A DNA stretch of 54,386 nt from Syntrophomonadaceae bacterium (GTDB lineage: Bacteria > Bacillota > Dethiobacteria > DTU022 > PWGO01): positions 1-54,386 of the forward strand of contig PUKQ01000053.1 in assembly GCA_003550565.1 (NCBI GenBank), written 5' to 3'. The position numbers and the translations under genes are program-made. Shown here in pieces: positions 7,799 to 16,297 of this stretch. The notes under the pieces were generated by a model that was not told where the DNA came from, did no database searches, and was given only the letters and a program-made list of their open reading frames with translations. How positions within the stretch are numbered: position 1 is the first letter of the stretch; the number at the start of each line of letters is the position of its first letter.

Positions 7799-9805
7799 AT
7801 GAATAACATCGGAGGTGCTTGTTACCTTAAAGAGAACCTATTAGACGGGTACGCCTATGGTAAGGGTGATCTGGATGAGCAAGGAAATATTTATGACTTC
7901 ACTTTTTTAGAGGTTGATGATTATTTTACTCAACTAGCGGGTTTTAGCACGGATGAAATTATTGGGAAAAAAGCTACAGAAATCTTCGAAGGAATAGAAA
8001 ACTCAATTTTCAAATGTATAAGGGAATATGGGAAAATAGCCGAAGAAAGCACACCCGGAGTATTCCATATATATTTTGAAAATCTGGGGAAATGGTACGA
8101 ACTTACAGTTATCAGCGAGGAAGATAATTATTATACTTTATTATTCAAAGATATTTCTGCCTTGAAGGCAGAAAAAGACCAAACCCAAAGGGTATTGGAG
8201 TATATTGGTAAATGCCAGGAATTTTTATTTAAAAAAGAACTGGATTATCACTTTTTTACTGACAGTATAAGGGAGATTGCGGGGGCTCAATTTGTAGCCC
8301 TTAATATTATTTCCGATGAAGATAAAAGTAAAGCAATTACCATGGCAGTTTCCGGTGACGATGGGGAATTAGCACACGCAGTTGATATTTTGGGGTTTGA
8401 ACTGGAAGATGCTGTCTGGGAAGTTAATCAAAAAAACTTAGAAGATAATCACGAAAACTGCTTGAGACAATTTAATTCTTTCTTCGAAAAAGGCTTCTAC
8501 AATTATACTTCTATTAAGCCTGCCCTTGAAAAGATTGAGACAGATCTTATGCCCGGCGAAATATATGATGTGATTATTTCTTATGACAGAGATCCTTTGG
8601 GTTTTTTAACCATTATCATGCCTGCAAGTTCTAGTTTGGAAAATAAAGGTCTCCTTGAACATTATATTCGTCAGATTGCAGCTACGATTAAGCGCTTTCG
8701 CATGGAGCAAGAACTATATCAAAACATGCAGGAACGCAAAATACTGGCAGAAGAAAAAATTCACTATATGAATTATTGCTGCAACCTTACGGGGCTGTAT
8801 AACCGACATTTTATGGAAGAAAAAATGGAGCAACTGGAGGTTTCTGAGTCGGATCAAACCCCTATTAGTTTGATCATGGCTGATGTAAACGGTTTGAAAC
8901 TAATTAACGATAAATACGGCCAAAAATTGGGGAATGAAGCTCTTCAAAAGGCGGCTGAATTACTACTTCAAAGCTGCCGCAAGGGAGATTACGTGGCTCG
9001 CTGGGGCGGAGATGAATTCTTAATTATGATGCCTAAAACTGTAGAAAAGAAAGCTAAATATATATCACAAAAGATACGCGATGCTTGTACCGGAGTTTAC
9101 ATTGATGATATTCCGGTGACAATTTCTTTGGGAGTGGCTGTAAAAATTGGCCCCCGGAAAAATTGGAATGACGTCATAAAAGAAGCTGAAAATGATATGT
9201 ATACCCAAAAACTTTCCGAAAATTACAGTAAAGGAAGCGCGGCTATTAATGTATTGATTAAAATTTTAGAAGAAAAGAGCTATGAAACAGAAGCCCACAC
9301 CCGCCGGATGCATCAGGTGGCTTTGGCAATCGCCAAAAAACTTAAACTTTCTACAAATCAAATTAATCGCTTAAAATTATTAATTACTTTGCATGATATC
9401 GGAAAGATTAATATACCTGAAGACATGCTTACAAAAGCAGGTAAATTAACAGAAAAAGAATGGCAGTTAATGAAAGAACATCCTACAAGTGGTTATCGTA
9501 TTGCTTGCGCTACGGGGCAATTTGAACATGTGGCCGAAGAAATTTTAGGGCATCATGAACGTTGGGATGGCTCGGGTTATCCCCGCGGGCTGAAGGGAGA
9601 TGAAATTCCCTTATTATCCCGCATTACTGCTATAGCAGATGCTTTTGAAGTAATGACCAATGGCCGGCCTTATAAAAAACCATTAAGCCTTGAAGAAGCA
9701 ATTAAGGAAGTAAAAAGATGCGCCGGCACACAATTTGATCCGGCCTTAGTTAAAGTTTTTCTCCGGGTGATAGAAGAAGACAAATTGCACGTAAATAATA
9801 AGTAA
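7799..9805 (+). CDS. PAS-like sensor / GGDEF diguanylate cyclase / HD-GYP phosphodiesterase hybrid
   Basis: 668 aa. GGDEF domain (LTGLYNRHF.., RWGGDEF) with an RKGD I-site 5 residues upstream. The C-terminal HD-GYP domain reads LHDIGK.., HHERWDGSGYPRGL. AGGAGG SD. Confidence 0.9.
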   Translation: MNNIGGACYLKENLLDGYAYGKGDLDEQGNIYDFTFLEVDDYFTQLAGFSTDEIIGKKATEIFEGIENSIFKCIREYGKIAEESTPGVFHIYFENLGKWYELTVISEEDNYYTLLFKDISALKAEKDQTQRVLEYIGKCQEFLFKKELDYHFFTDSIREIAGAQFVALNIISDEDKSKAITMAVSGDDGELAHAVDILGFELEDAVWEVNQKNLEDNHENCLRQFNSFFEKGFYNYTSIKPALEKIETDLMPGEIYDVIISYDRDPLGFLTIIMPASSSLENKGLLEHYIRQIAATIKRFRMEQELYQNMQERKILAEEKIHYMNYCCNLTGLYNRHFMEEKMEQLEVSESDQTPISLIMADVNGLKLINDKYGQKLGNEALQKAAELLLQSCRKGDYVARWGGDEFLIMMPKTVEKKAKYISQKIRDACTGVYIDDIPVTISLGVAVKIGPRKNWNDVIKEAENDMYTQKLSENYSKGSAAINVLIKILEEKSYETEAHTRRMHQVALAIAKKLKLSTNQINRLKLLITLHDIGKINIPEDMLTKAGKLTEKEWQLMKEHPTSGYRIACATGQFEHVAEEILGHHERWDGSGYPRGLKGDEIPLLSRITAIADAFEVMTNGRPYKKPLSLEEAIKEVKRCAGTQFDPALVKVFLRVIEEDKLHVNNK

Positions 9806-10056
9806 CTATTTAGGTTAAGATAAGGCTTGGCACAGCAGTATATGCCTGAGTACTTGCAATAATAATTAATCAAGATTTATGGTGTTGGTAAATACCTGCG
9901 GGTTTTTCCCCATTTAAAAATAAATTAATGTTTAAATGCTTAATTTTACGGTTGAATGGTTAATAATTTTACTTATTACATTCAATGCAGGGGAAAAGTG
10001 TGTTTTTATTGAATTATTACTTTTAGAAGAACATATAGATTGTCTTTATTTACATA

Positions 10057-11547
10057 ATGGTAAAAGGAGGAGGAGTTGTGGCTGAAAATAGAACGGTAAT
10101 TCAGGAAAAAAGTCTTTCTGACGATTTGCTTCATGAAATGACTTCTAAGCTGCAAAAAATTGTGGGCGAAGAGAGGGTGTCGGTTAAAGAGATTGATCGT
10201 TTGAGCACATGCCGGGATTTCTGGCCCATGGCCAGTATCTGGTTTATGGAAGGTAGGTTTCCTTCTGTTCCGGATTTAATTGTTTGGCCGGAGAACACAG
10301 AAGAGGTTTCTGCCATTATGGCATTGGCAAATGAAAAGGGAGTGCCGGTAACTCCTTATGGAGAAGGGTCCGGAACCCTTGGTGGTTCTATAGCCTTACG
10401 AGGCGGTATTGTTCTGGATATGAAAAAAATGAACCGGGTAAAAAAACTTGATGGCGAGAACCAGATGGTTACAGTGGAACCGGGCCTTAATGGCTCTCTT
10501 TACGAAGAATATTTGAATCGGCAGGGGTATACCGGAGGGCATTTTCCGCAATCCATACGCTGTTCTTCGGTGGGAGGGTGGCTGGCTTGCCGCGCTGCGG
10601 GGCAGTTTTCCACCCGTTATGGCAAAATTGAAGACATGCTTGTGTCTTTAGAAGCGGTACTTGCTGATGGAACAGTGATTAAAGGCCGCGATGTGCCTCG
10701 CACTTCCACAGGGCCTCGATTGGACCACTTTTTATTGGGTTCAGAGGGAACTTTGGGGATAATTACGGAAGCTACACTTACCATATGGCCTTATCCTGAA
10801 AAGAGGGCTATGTCTTCTTTTGCTTTTGATACTATGGACGTAGCTTTGGAAGCTATTCGCAAGATCATGAGAACAGGGGCGCGTCCTGCCGTGGTTCGCC
10901 TTTATGATTACGTAGAAACCAGTTATCATTTTCCGGAAGCTGAAGAAGCAGAAGACCGTTGTATGTTGATATTTTTAATTGAAGGAAATGAAAAAATTGT
11001 GGATGCTGAAAATGATATTTGCACTTCCCTGGCTCGGGAACACGGCGGAGTGGATTGTGGGGAAGAACCGGTGAAGCACTGGCTGGAAAGGCGCTTTAAT
11101 GTCAGCTTGGCTTCTAAAATGTTCCGCCAGGGCGCCGTCCTCGATACCATCGAAGTTACTTCCAACTGGCACAATGCTTTTGAAATTTATAAGAATATGC
11201 AGGCTGCCATGATAGGCATTGAAGGTGTAGCGCTGGCTTCAGGACATTATTCCCATGTTTATCCTGAAGGCGCTTGCCTTTATATAACAACGATGGGGAC
11301 TCCTCCCGATGAAGATAAAGAAGCTTTTTACCGGCGTCTATGGAATGTAGCCATGGAAGCGTGCCTTTCCCAGGGTGGAGCGATAAGCCATCATCACGGT
11401 GTGGGGCTGCACCGCGGCCAGTGGATGGAAAGCGAACATGGAGAGGGGCTAAATGCCCTGCGTAGCATCAAAAAAGCATTAGATCCCAAAGGGATTATTA
11501 ATCCCGGAAAACTTGGCATGGAGGAGGCAGAAAAATGGCCGAAATAG
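10057..11547 (+). CDS. FAD-linked oxidase, GlcD / D-lactate dehydrogenase-like
   Basis: FAD_binding_4 pattern: PDLIVWPENTEEV..PYGEGSGTLGGS..VLDMKKMNRV. C-terminal ISHHHGVGL motif. GTG at 10078 behind AGGAGGAGG is an alternative start. Confidence 0.85.
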   Translation: MVKGGGVVAENRTVIQEKSLSDDLLHEMTSKLQKIVGEERVSVKEIDRLSTCRDFWPMASIWFMEGRFPSVPDLIVWPENTEEVSAIMALANEKGVPVTPYGEGSGTLGGSIALRGGIVLDMKKMNRVKKLDGENQMVTVEPGLNGSLYEEYLNRQGYTGGHFPQSIRCSSVGGWLACRAAGQFSTRYGKIEDMLVSLEAVLADGTVIKGRDVPRTSTGPRLDHFLLGSEGTLGIITEATLTIWPYPEKRAMSSFAFDTMDVALEAIRKIMRTGARPAVVRLYDYVETSYHFPEAEEAEDRCMLIFLIEGNEKIVDAENDICTSLAREHGGVDCGEEPVKHWLERRFNVSLASKMFRQGAVLDTIEVTSNWHNAFEIYKNMQAAMIGIEGVALASGHYSHVYPEGACLYITTMGTPPDEDKEAFYRRLWNVAMEACLSQGGAISHHHGVGLHRGQWMESEHGEGLNALRSIKKALDPKGIINPGKLGMEEAEKWPK

Positions 11548-12614
11548 ACCTTAAAAATCTACTGAATTGTGCTTTATGTGCGAATATGTGCCGCTGTGAG
11601 TGCCCCGTAACTCAGGTTTTTTCTCGCGAAGCGGTGTCTCCTGCAGGCAAAGCTCGCCTCGCCTATCTTTTACTGGAAGGAAAACTGGACTGGACGGAAG
11701 ACAATTATGCTGCCCTATCTACCTGCGTGGGTTGTAAGGGGTGTGAGACCCTGTGCCCATTTCTCGAGCTTGAGCTTGATAAAGAATTGCAAAAAGTAAA
11801 GGGAGAAGGGGCTTCCCAAAATTTTAATTTAGAAGTCCTCGATCCCTATCGCGCTAACTTAAAAAATTACAGCAGTCCTTATGGGATGAAACAAGATATT
11901 CCCAAAGTACAGAAAGGTGATGGGGAAATTGTCTTTTTTAGCGGCTGTACTTCCCTGGCTAACAACCCTAACTCTATTAAAGCTACTTTATCTTTACTGG
12001 ATAAAGCCGGTGTTTCATATCAGACCATAAATGAAGATTGCTGCGGTTACCCCGCCGAAATTTGGGGCGAACCGGAGTTGGCTCGCCAGTTAGCTGATGA
12101 AAACTGCAAGCGTCTGGCTGAAAGTGGCGCAAGCTGCCTGGTTACGAACTGTCCTGAATGTTGGCTTACTTTTAAAAAGAAGTATGCGGAATGGGGAGTG
12201 GAATTACCGGTAAATGTGAAAGACAGCACTACTTATTTATTGGAATTAATAGAAAGTGGAAAGCTCCAGCCCAAGGAAGTAGAAGGGATTAATACTGTTA
12301 CATATCATGATCCGTGCATCTGGGCCAGGGTGGAAGAAAATATTGAAGCCCCCCGCCAATTGCTGGCGCAGATACCGGGAGTAGAACTTGATGAAGCGGA
12401 ACCGGCAGGCGCAAACTCCCGCTGCTGCGGAGGTGGCCAGATGTTTCAGCTTACATTTCCACAGGAAGCTGAGGCGATAGCACTGCGTCGTTTGCAAGAA
12501 TTTCCCGGCGCTTCGGCATTAGTTACTACCTGCCCTTTTTGCCGTGAAAGTTTAAAAATCGAGGGCAATGAAGTCTTGGAATTGGTAGAACTTCTGGATA
12601 TGGCCTGCAAATGA
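11535..12614 (+). CDS. (Fe-S)-binding protein with two CCG domains (GlcF/HdrD-like partner of the FAD oxidase)
   Basis: N-terminal Cys clusters (CALCANMCRCECP, CVGCKGCETLCP). Two CCG motifs (EDCCGYP, SRCCGGGQ) and CPFC/CPEC motifs. Overlaps the upstream gene by 13 nt. Confidence 0.85.
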   Translation: MAEIDLKNLLNCALCANMCRCECPVTQVFSREAVSPAGKARLAYLLLEGKLDWTEDNYAALSTCVGCKGCETLCPFLELELDKELQKVKGEGASQNFNLEVLDPYRANLKNYSSPYGMKQDIPKVQKGDGEIVFFSGCTSLANNPNSIKATLSLLDKAGVSYQTINEDCCGYPAEIWGEPELARQLADENCKRLAESGASCLVTNCPECWLTFKKKYAEWGVELPVNVKDSTTYLLELIESGKLQPKEVEGINTVTYHDPCIWARVEENIEAPRQLLAQIPGVELDEAEPAGANSRCCGGGQMFQLTFPQEAEAIALRRLQEFPGASALVTTCPFCRESLKIEGNEVLELVELLDMACK

Positions 12615-12825
12615 TGCATTTTTTAGAGAAGCGACCATTATTTGGTATAAATGCTTCTTTAATTATTAAATTAAAAAGGTTTATATTTTGTCTATCCCTC
12701 ATCCGGAGGGGATGGATGAAAAAGAAGCCGAACTTTATGAAGGCATAGAAGAATTGAGCGGGGAAAACTGCATTTTATTATAACTTGCCAAGATAATATA
12801 AACTTTTAAGGCCGGGTGGGAGTCT

Positions 12826-14169
12826 ATGGAGGAAGTGTCTTCTCATCAAGTTATTTATTTCAGTGCAGATTATTTCGGTTGCCCTACCAGTCAATATGAA
12901 AAGGATGCTCTCCGCACTCTTCTTCAAAAAGAAGGCTTTCAGGAAGTTCAAAAGGATAAAGCGGATATTTATATAATCAATAGTTGTGTGGTTACCGGAA
13001 AGGCAGCGCGCAATGTGCGAAAGGCTGCTCGCCGTGCCCGAAAAGGAAACCCCGGGCTTTTAATTGTAATAACGGGATGCTATTCTCAGGTTTATTCCCG
13101 GGAGATTTTTACTCATATTCCGGAAGTAGAAATTGCTGTAGGCAATAGTAATAGAGCAAAAATTCCTGATATCCTTCGCCAACGTTTTGGCCAAAGAAGC
13201 ATGCCGCCCTGGAATTTGGTGGATGACGGGTTGCCTGATGAACCGTTAAAAGAATTATCCCTGCATATAGACTCTTCGAAAGTGAGGCCTGTTTTAAAAA
13301 TACAGGAAGGTTGTGATGAATTTTGCCGTTACTGCATCGTTGCCCGAGCTCGCGGCAAACCGCGCAGCCTGGAACCGCAAGCAGTGTGGGAACAGGCGCA
13401 AGGATTTTTACAGAAAGGGTATCGGGAAATAGTGCTCACAGGTACCCACATAGGCATATATGGCAGAGAATGGGAGGAGTGGAATTTAGCGCGCCTCCTC
13501 AAATTATTGAGCGAATTGCCTTATGATTTTCGCCTCAGGTTGACTGCAGTGGAGCCCATGAGTATAAATGAAGAGCTTTTGCAAGTAATGGCTGAAAACG
13601 AAAAAATTTGTCCCCACCTTTATATGCCTATACAAAGTGGTTCTGACAGGGTTTTGCAGTTAATGGGGAGGCGTTATACAGCCCGTGATATTTCTACAAT
13701 ATCTCGACAGGCAAAGGAAATGATGCCTGATATTAGTTTATATACGGATATTATTACCGGCTTTCCGGGAGAGAAGGAAGAAGACCATTATTTCACGTTG
13801 TCATTATTAGAAGAATTGGAATTTAGCGGTTTGCATATTTTTTCTTATTCCCCTCGCCCCTTCACTGCGGCTTACCATTTCCGTGAGGCAATACGCCCCG
13901 ATATCAAAAAGCAACGGTTAAATGATTTGGAGAATCTTAAAGAAAAGCTGGCGCTACGATTCCACTGCCAAATGGAGGGTAAATTGTTGAGAATTTTAGT
14001 GGAGAAATGCTCTGAAGAATGGGTTGAAGGGTATGCAGATAATTATACATGGTCAAAGTTTAAAGAAACGGCTCAACTGCAAGAAGGGCAGGGAAATTTA
14101 AAAGGCAGTTTTGTTTGGCTTAAACCCCGGGAGTCCCATACCTGGGGTGTGAAAGGAGAACTGCATTAA
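12826..14169 (+). CDS. mtaB: MiaB-like methylthiotransferase (MtaB-type tRNA modification radical SAM enzyme)
   Basis: UPF0004-type N-domain (ADIYIINSCVVTGKA), radical SAM CDEFCRYC (CxxxCxxC), and a C-terminal TRAM-like region. 447 aa. Confidence 0.8.
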   Translation: MEEVSSHQVIYFSADYFGCPTSQYEKDALRTLLQKEGFQEVQKDKADIYIINSCVVTGKAARNVRKAARRARKGNPGLLIVITGCYSQVYSREIFTHIPEVEIAVGNSNRAKIPDILRQRFGQRSMPPWNLVDDGLPDEPLKELSLHIDSSKVRPVLKIQEGCDEFCRYCIVARARGKPRSLEPQAVWEQAQGFLQKGYREIVLTGTHIGIYGREWEEWNLARLLKLLSELPYDFRLRLTAVEPMSINEELLQVMAENEKICPHLYMPIQSGSDRVLQLMGRRYTARDISTISRQAKEMMPDISLYTDIITGFPGEKEEDHYFTLSLLEELEFSGLHIFSYSPRPFTAAYHFREAIRPDIKKQRLNDLENLKEKLALRFHCQMEGKLLRILVEKCSEEWVEGYADNYTWSKFKETAQLQEGQGNLKGSFVWLKPRESHTWGVKGELH

Positions 14170-14176
14170 AGCATTA

Positions 14177-14535
14177 AAGAACACATTAAAGAACACTGTG
14201 TGTTAACTTGTTAACTTATTATTAAAGAACACTGTGTGTTAACTTGTTAACTTATTATTAAAGAACACTGTGTGTTAACTTGTTAACTAACTTGAAGAAC
14301 ACTGCGTGTTAACTTGTTAACTTATTGAAGAACAATGTGTTTTATTAAAGAACACTGTGTGTTAACTTTTGAAGAACACTGTGTGTTAACTTGTTGAAGA
14401 ACACTGTGTGTTAACTTGTTAACTTATTATTAAAGTACACTGCGTGTTAACTGTTAACTTATTGAAGAACACTGTGTTTTGGAGCAGCCGTCAAGGCTTG
14501 TTAAAAACACTGTGGGTTAAGTTGTTAACTTTTTT
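14177..14535. repeat. array of ~11-12 degenerate tandem repeats (period 24-39 bp), consensus RAAGAACACTGTGTGTTAACTTGTTAACTTATT
   Basis: Copies start near 14188, 14224, 14260, 14294, 14327, 14347, 14371, 14396, 14432, 14464 and 14503, plus a partial copy at 14177. Each carries the 5-3-5 palindrome AACAC-TGT-GTGTT and GTTAAC sites. There are no unique spacers. Confidence 0.9.
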
Positions 14536-14690
14536 ATAGTCTCGAAGTCCCGGTTGAACGGCCTAATCCTTAACTGGCTATGTTACCTTGCTTATAGAGA
14601 GAAGGAATAATAGTGATTTCTCTTCCACTTATGGCTATCTGGCTATTGCTTAGAAGTGGGAATACCCTCGCCTAAAAAAAGATGAAGTGC
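14536..14690 (+). promoter_or_regulatory. orphan copy (A) of the structured AOR leader; candidate Moco/tungsten-cofactor riboswitch-like element
   Basis: Colinear with 20831-20966, about 85% identical over the first 46 aligned nt by hand count. It includes the ATGAAG start, and hairpins are kept through G-C to G-U changes. It is followed by a terminator instead of a gene. Confidence 0.4.
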
Positions 14691-14696
14691 TTGATA

Positions 14697-14737
14697 AGAG
14701 GGGCGGTATCTTTTTCAAGATGCCGCCTCTCTTTTTT
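14697..14737 (+). terminator. intrinsic terminator ending the orphan leader transcript
   Basis: GGCGGTATC-tttttcaa-GATGCCGCC, extendable with a bulge to AGAGG..CCTCT, followed by CTTTTTT. Confidence 0.7.
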
Positions 14738-14840
14738 AGCGGCAAAGATTCTTTTAATAATTTCTTTTCATGTGTAATAACCCTCGCACGAGGTTAAATG
14801 TAGAAATATTTAAATATCATAGAATTTTTCAAAAAATATA

Positions 14841-14869
14841 TTGACTTCATGTATGCATTTAGATATTAT
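14841..14869 (+). promoter_or_regulatory. sigma-70-type promoter upstream of the TetR gene
   Basis: TTGACT (14841-14846), a 17-nt spacer containing ATGCAT, then TATTAT (14864-14869). Confidence 0.5.
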
Positions 14870-14941
14870 TGTGATAATTAAGAAAATATTATGGTTTTTT
14901 GAGTTTTGTTTTTACCATACTAAGAGCGGAGTTGCCGGTAA

Positions 14942-15583
14942 ATGAATGATACCAGGGAAAAAATTATCAGGTCGGCGCGGAAAATTTTTTTCGAGCATGG
15001 CTACCGGAATACAACCATTGAGGAAATCTCAAGCCAATTGGGAATGAGCAAAAGAACGATTTATGAGAATTTTTCCAGTAAGAGAGAGATACTCGAAGCT
15101 GCCGTTGATCTGGAATTAGCGAAATTCACCAACCGTATTTATGAAATTGTGGGAGCAGAAAAAGAGCCGCTGGCAAAATTGTGGGAGCTTTACCAGTTTT
15201 CACAGGGCATAGTAAATCTGGGTATTAGTGCCACTGCTTTGAAGGATATGCAAAATCAGCTTCCCGATCTCTGGAAAAAGATTCTTGTTACCCGCGAGAA
15301 GGTTCTGGAAGAGTTTGGCAAGGTAATAGACGAAGGTAAGAAAAAAAATGTTTTCAACCCGGAAATAAATACGGATGTTATCATTGCCACATTAGTCGGT
15401 TCGCTACAGGCTACCCTCTCTTCGGAGTTTTTGCTTAAGAGCAGTCTTTCCCTGGATGAGGTGTTTTCCAGCCTGTTTCTCCTGTTTACCGAGGGCTTTT
15501 GCCTTGAAGAAAAAGAGATGGTGGAAAGGGGGGGGAGAAGGAATAAAATAAAAAATAATGGCGGGTTTTCCTCCAAATATTAA
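14942..15583 (+). CDS. TetR/AcrR-family transcriptional regulator
   Basis: The N-terminal HTH pattern KIIRSARKIFFEHGYRNTTIEEISSQLGMSKRTIYENFSSKREIL is typical of TetR_N. 213 aa with a Gly/Lys-rich tail. Confidence 0.9.
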   Translation: MNDTREKIIRSARKIFFEHGYRNTTIEEISSQLGMSKRTIYENFSSKREILEAAVDLELAKFTNRIYEIVGAEKEPLAKLWELYQFSQGIVNLGISATALKDMQNQLPDLWKKILVTREKVLEEFGKVIDEGKKKNVFNPEINTDVIIATLVGSLQATLSSEFLLKSSLSLDEVFSSLFLLFTEGFCLEEKEMVERGGRRNKIKNNGGFSSKY

Positions 15584-15819
15584 TTGATTTGGACTTTGCC
15601 ATTATTATAATTGCTATATCATACCAGTAACTACAAAAATATTCCCCTTCAAATAAGTTAAATTAGTTGCAAAAATGCACTTTGACTTAAAGGTATTGTC
15701 TTGCTACCCATAATTATTGGCTGCAACTTTCACTGTTTCAATCGTTAATCTTTAACTAAAATAATTATTGCTGTAATGGTTTCTGTTAGTAGTACAAAAA
15801 ATTGCGAGGAGGGAGGAAA

Positions 15820-16236
15820 ATGTTTACTTTTCCCACCCTGGAATGGTTACAGGAATTGCAAAGAATTCTCAATGAGAGCAATGAGTACAGACAGGCAGGA
15901 AAAAATTGGGAGGGCGCACTGGCCTTAATTTCGGAACCTGACGAAATTTATAAGGAACCGATCTATATTTGGATAAATCCATACCGCGGTCAGGTCTTGG
16001 ATGTGGCCCAGATGAATTCTCCCGATGAAAAGCCCGCTCCTTTTGTTCTTACCGGTACTTATTCTACCTGGAAGAGTATTGTTAAGGGCGAACTTGATCC
16101 CATCAAGTCAATTATGAAAGGGAAGATAACGGTTGACGGGGATGTTTCCTACCTGGTAACCCAGGTAAAACAGGCGCAGGCATTGTTAAAAGGTTTGCGT
16201 CAAGTGGAAACCCAGTTTATCGATGAGATGGGTTAA
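15820..16236 (+). CDS. SCP2 (sterol-carrier-protein-2-like) lipid-binding domain protein
   Basis: 138 aa counted from the ATG behind GGAGGGAGG (the ORF is open from 15802). YSTWKSIVKGELDPIKSIMKGKITVDGD is SCP2-like. It is a paralogue of 33025-33441 with the same length and the same TQFIDE end. Confidence 0.7.
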   Translation: MFTFPTLEWLQELQRILNESNEYRQAGKNWEGALALISEPDEIYKEPIYIWINPYRGQVLDVAQMNSPDEKPAPFVLTGTYSTWKSIVKGELDPIKSIMKGKITVDGDVSYLVTQVKQAQALLKGLRQVETQFIDEMG

Positions 16237-16297
16237 AAGAAATGGAAGCTGTTTTATTTGTGGCGGGTTGCCTGATACTATTTAAGGATATGGGGGG

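Noticed and set aside
12712-12783. 23-codon ORF (MDEKEAELYEGIEELSGENCILL) upstream of mtaB, as a possible leader or precursor peptide for the radical SAM enzyme.
   Set aside because: The GGAGGGG-to-ATG spacing is only about 2 nt. MtaB-type enzymes act on tRNA, not peptides. There is no supporting conservation that I can assess.
14177-14535. Possible CRISPR array, because of regularly recurring ~30-nt repeats.
   Set aside because: The repeats are directly adjacent with no unique spacers. The period varies from 24 to 39 bp, the units are degenerate, and no cas genes or leader are nearby.
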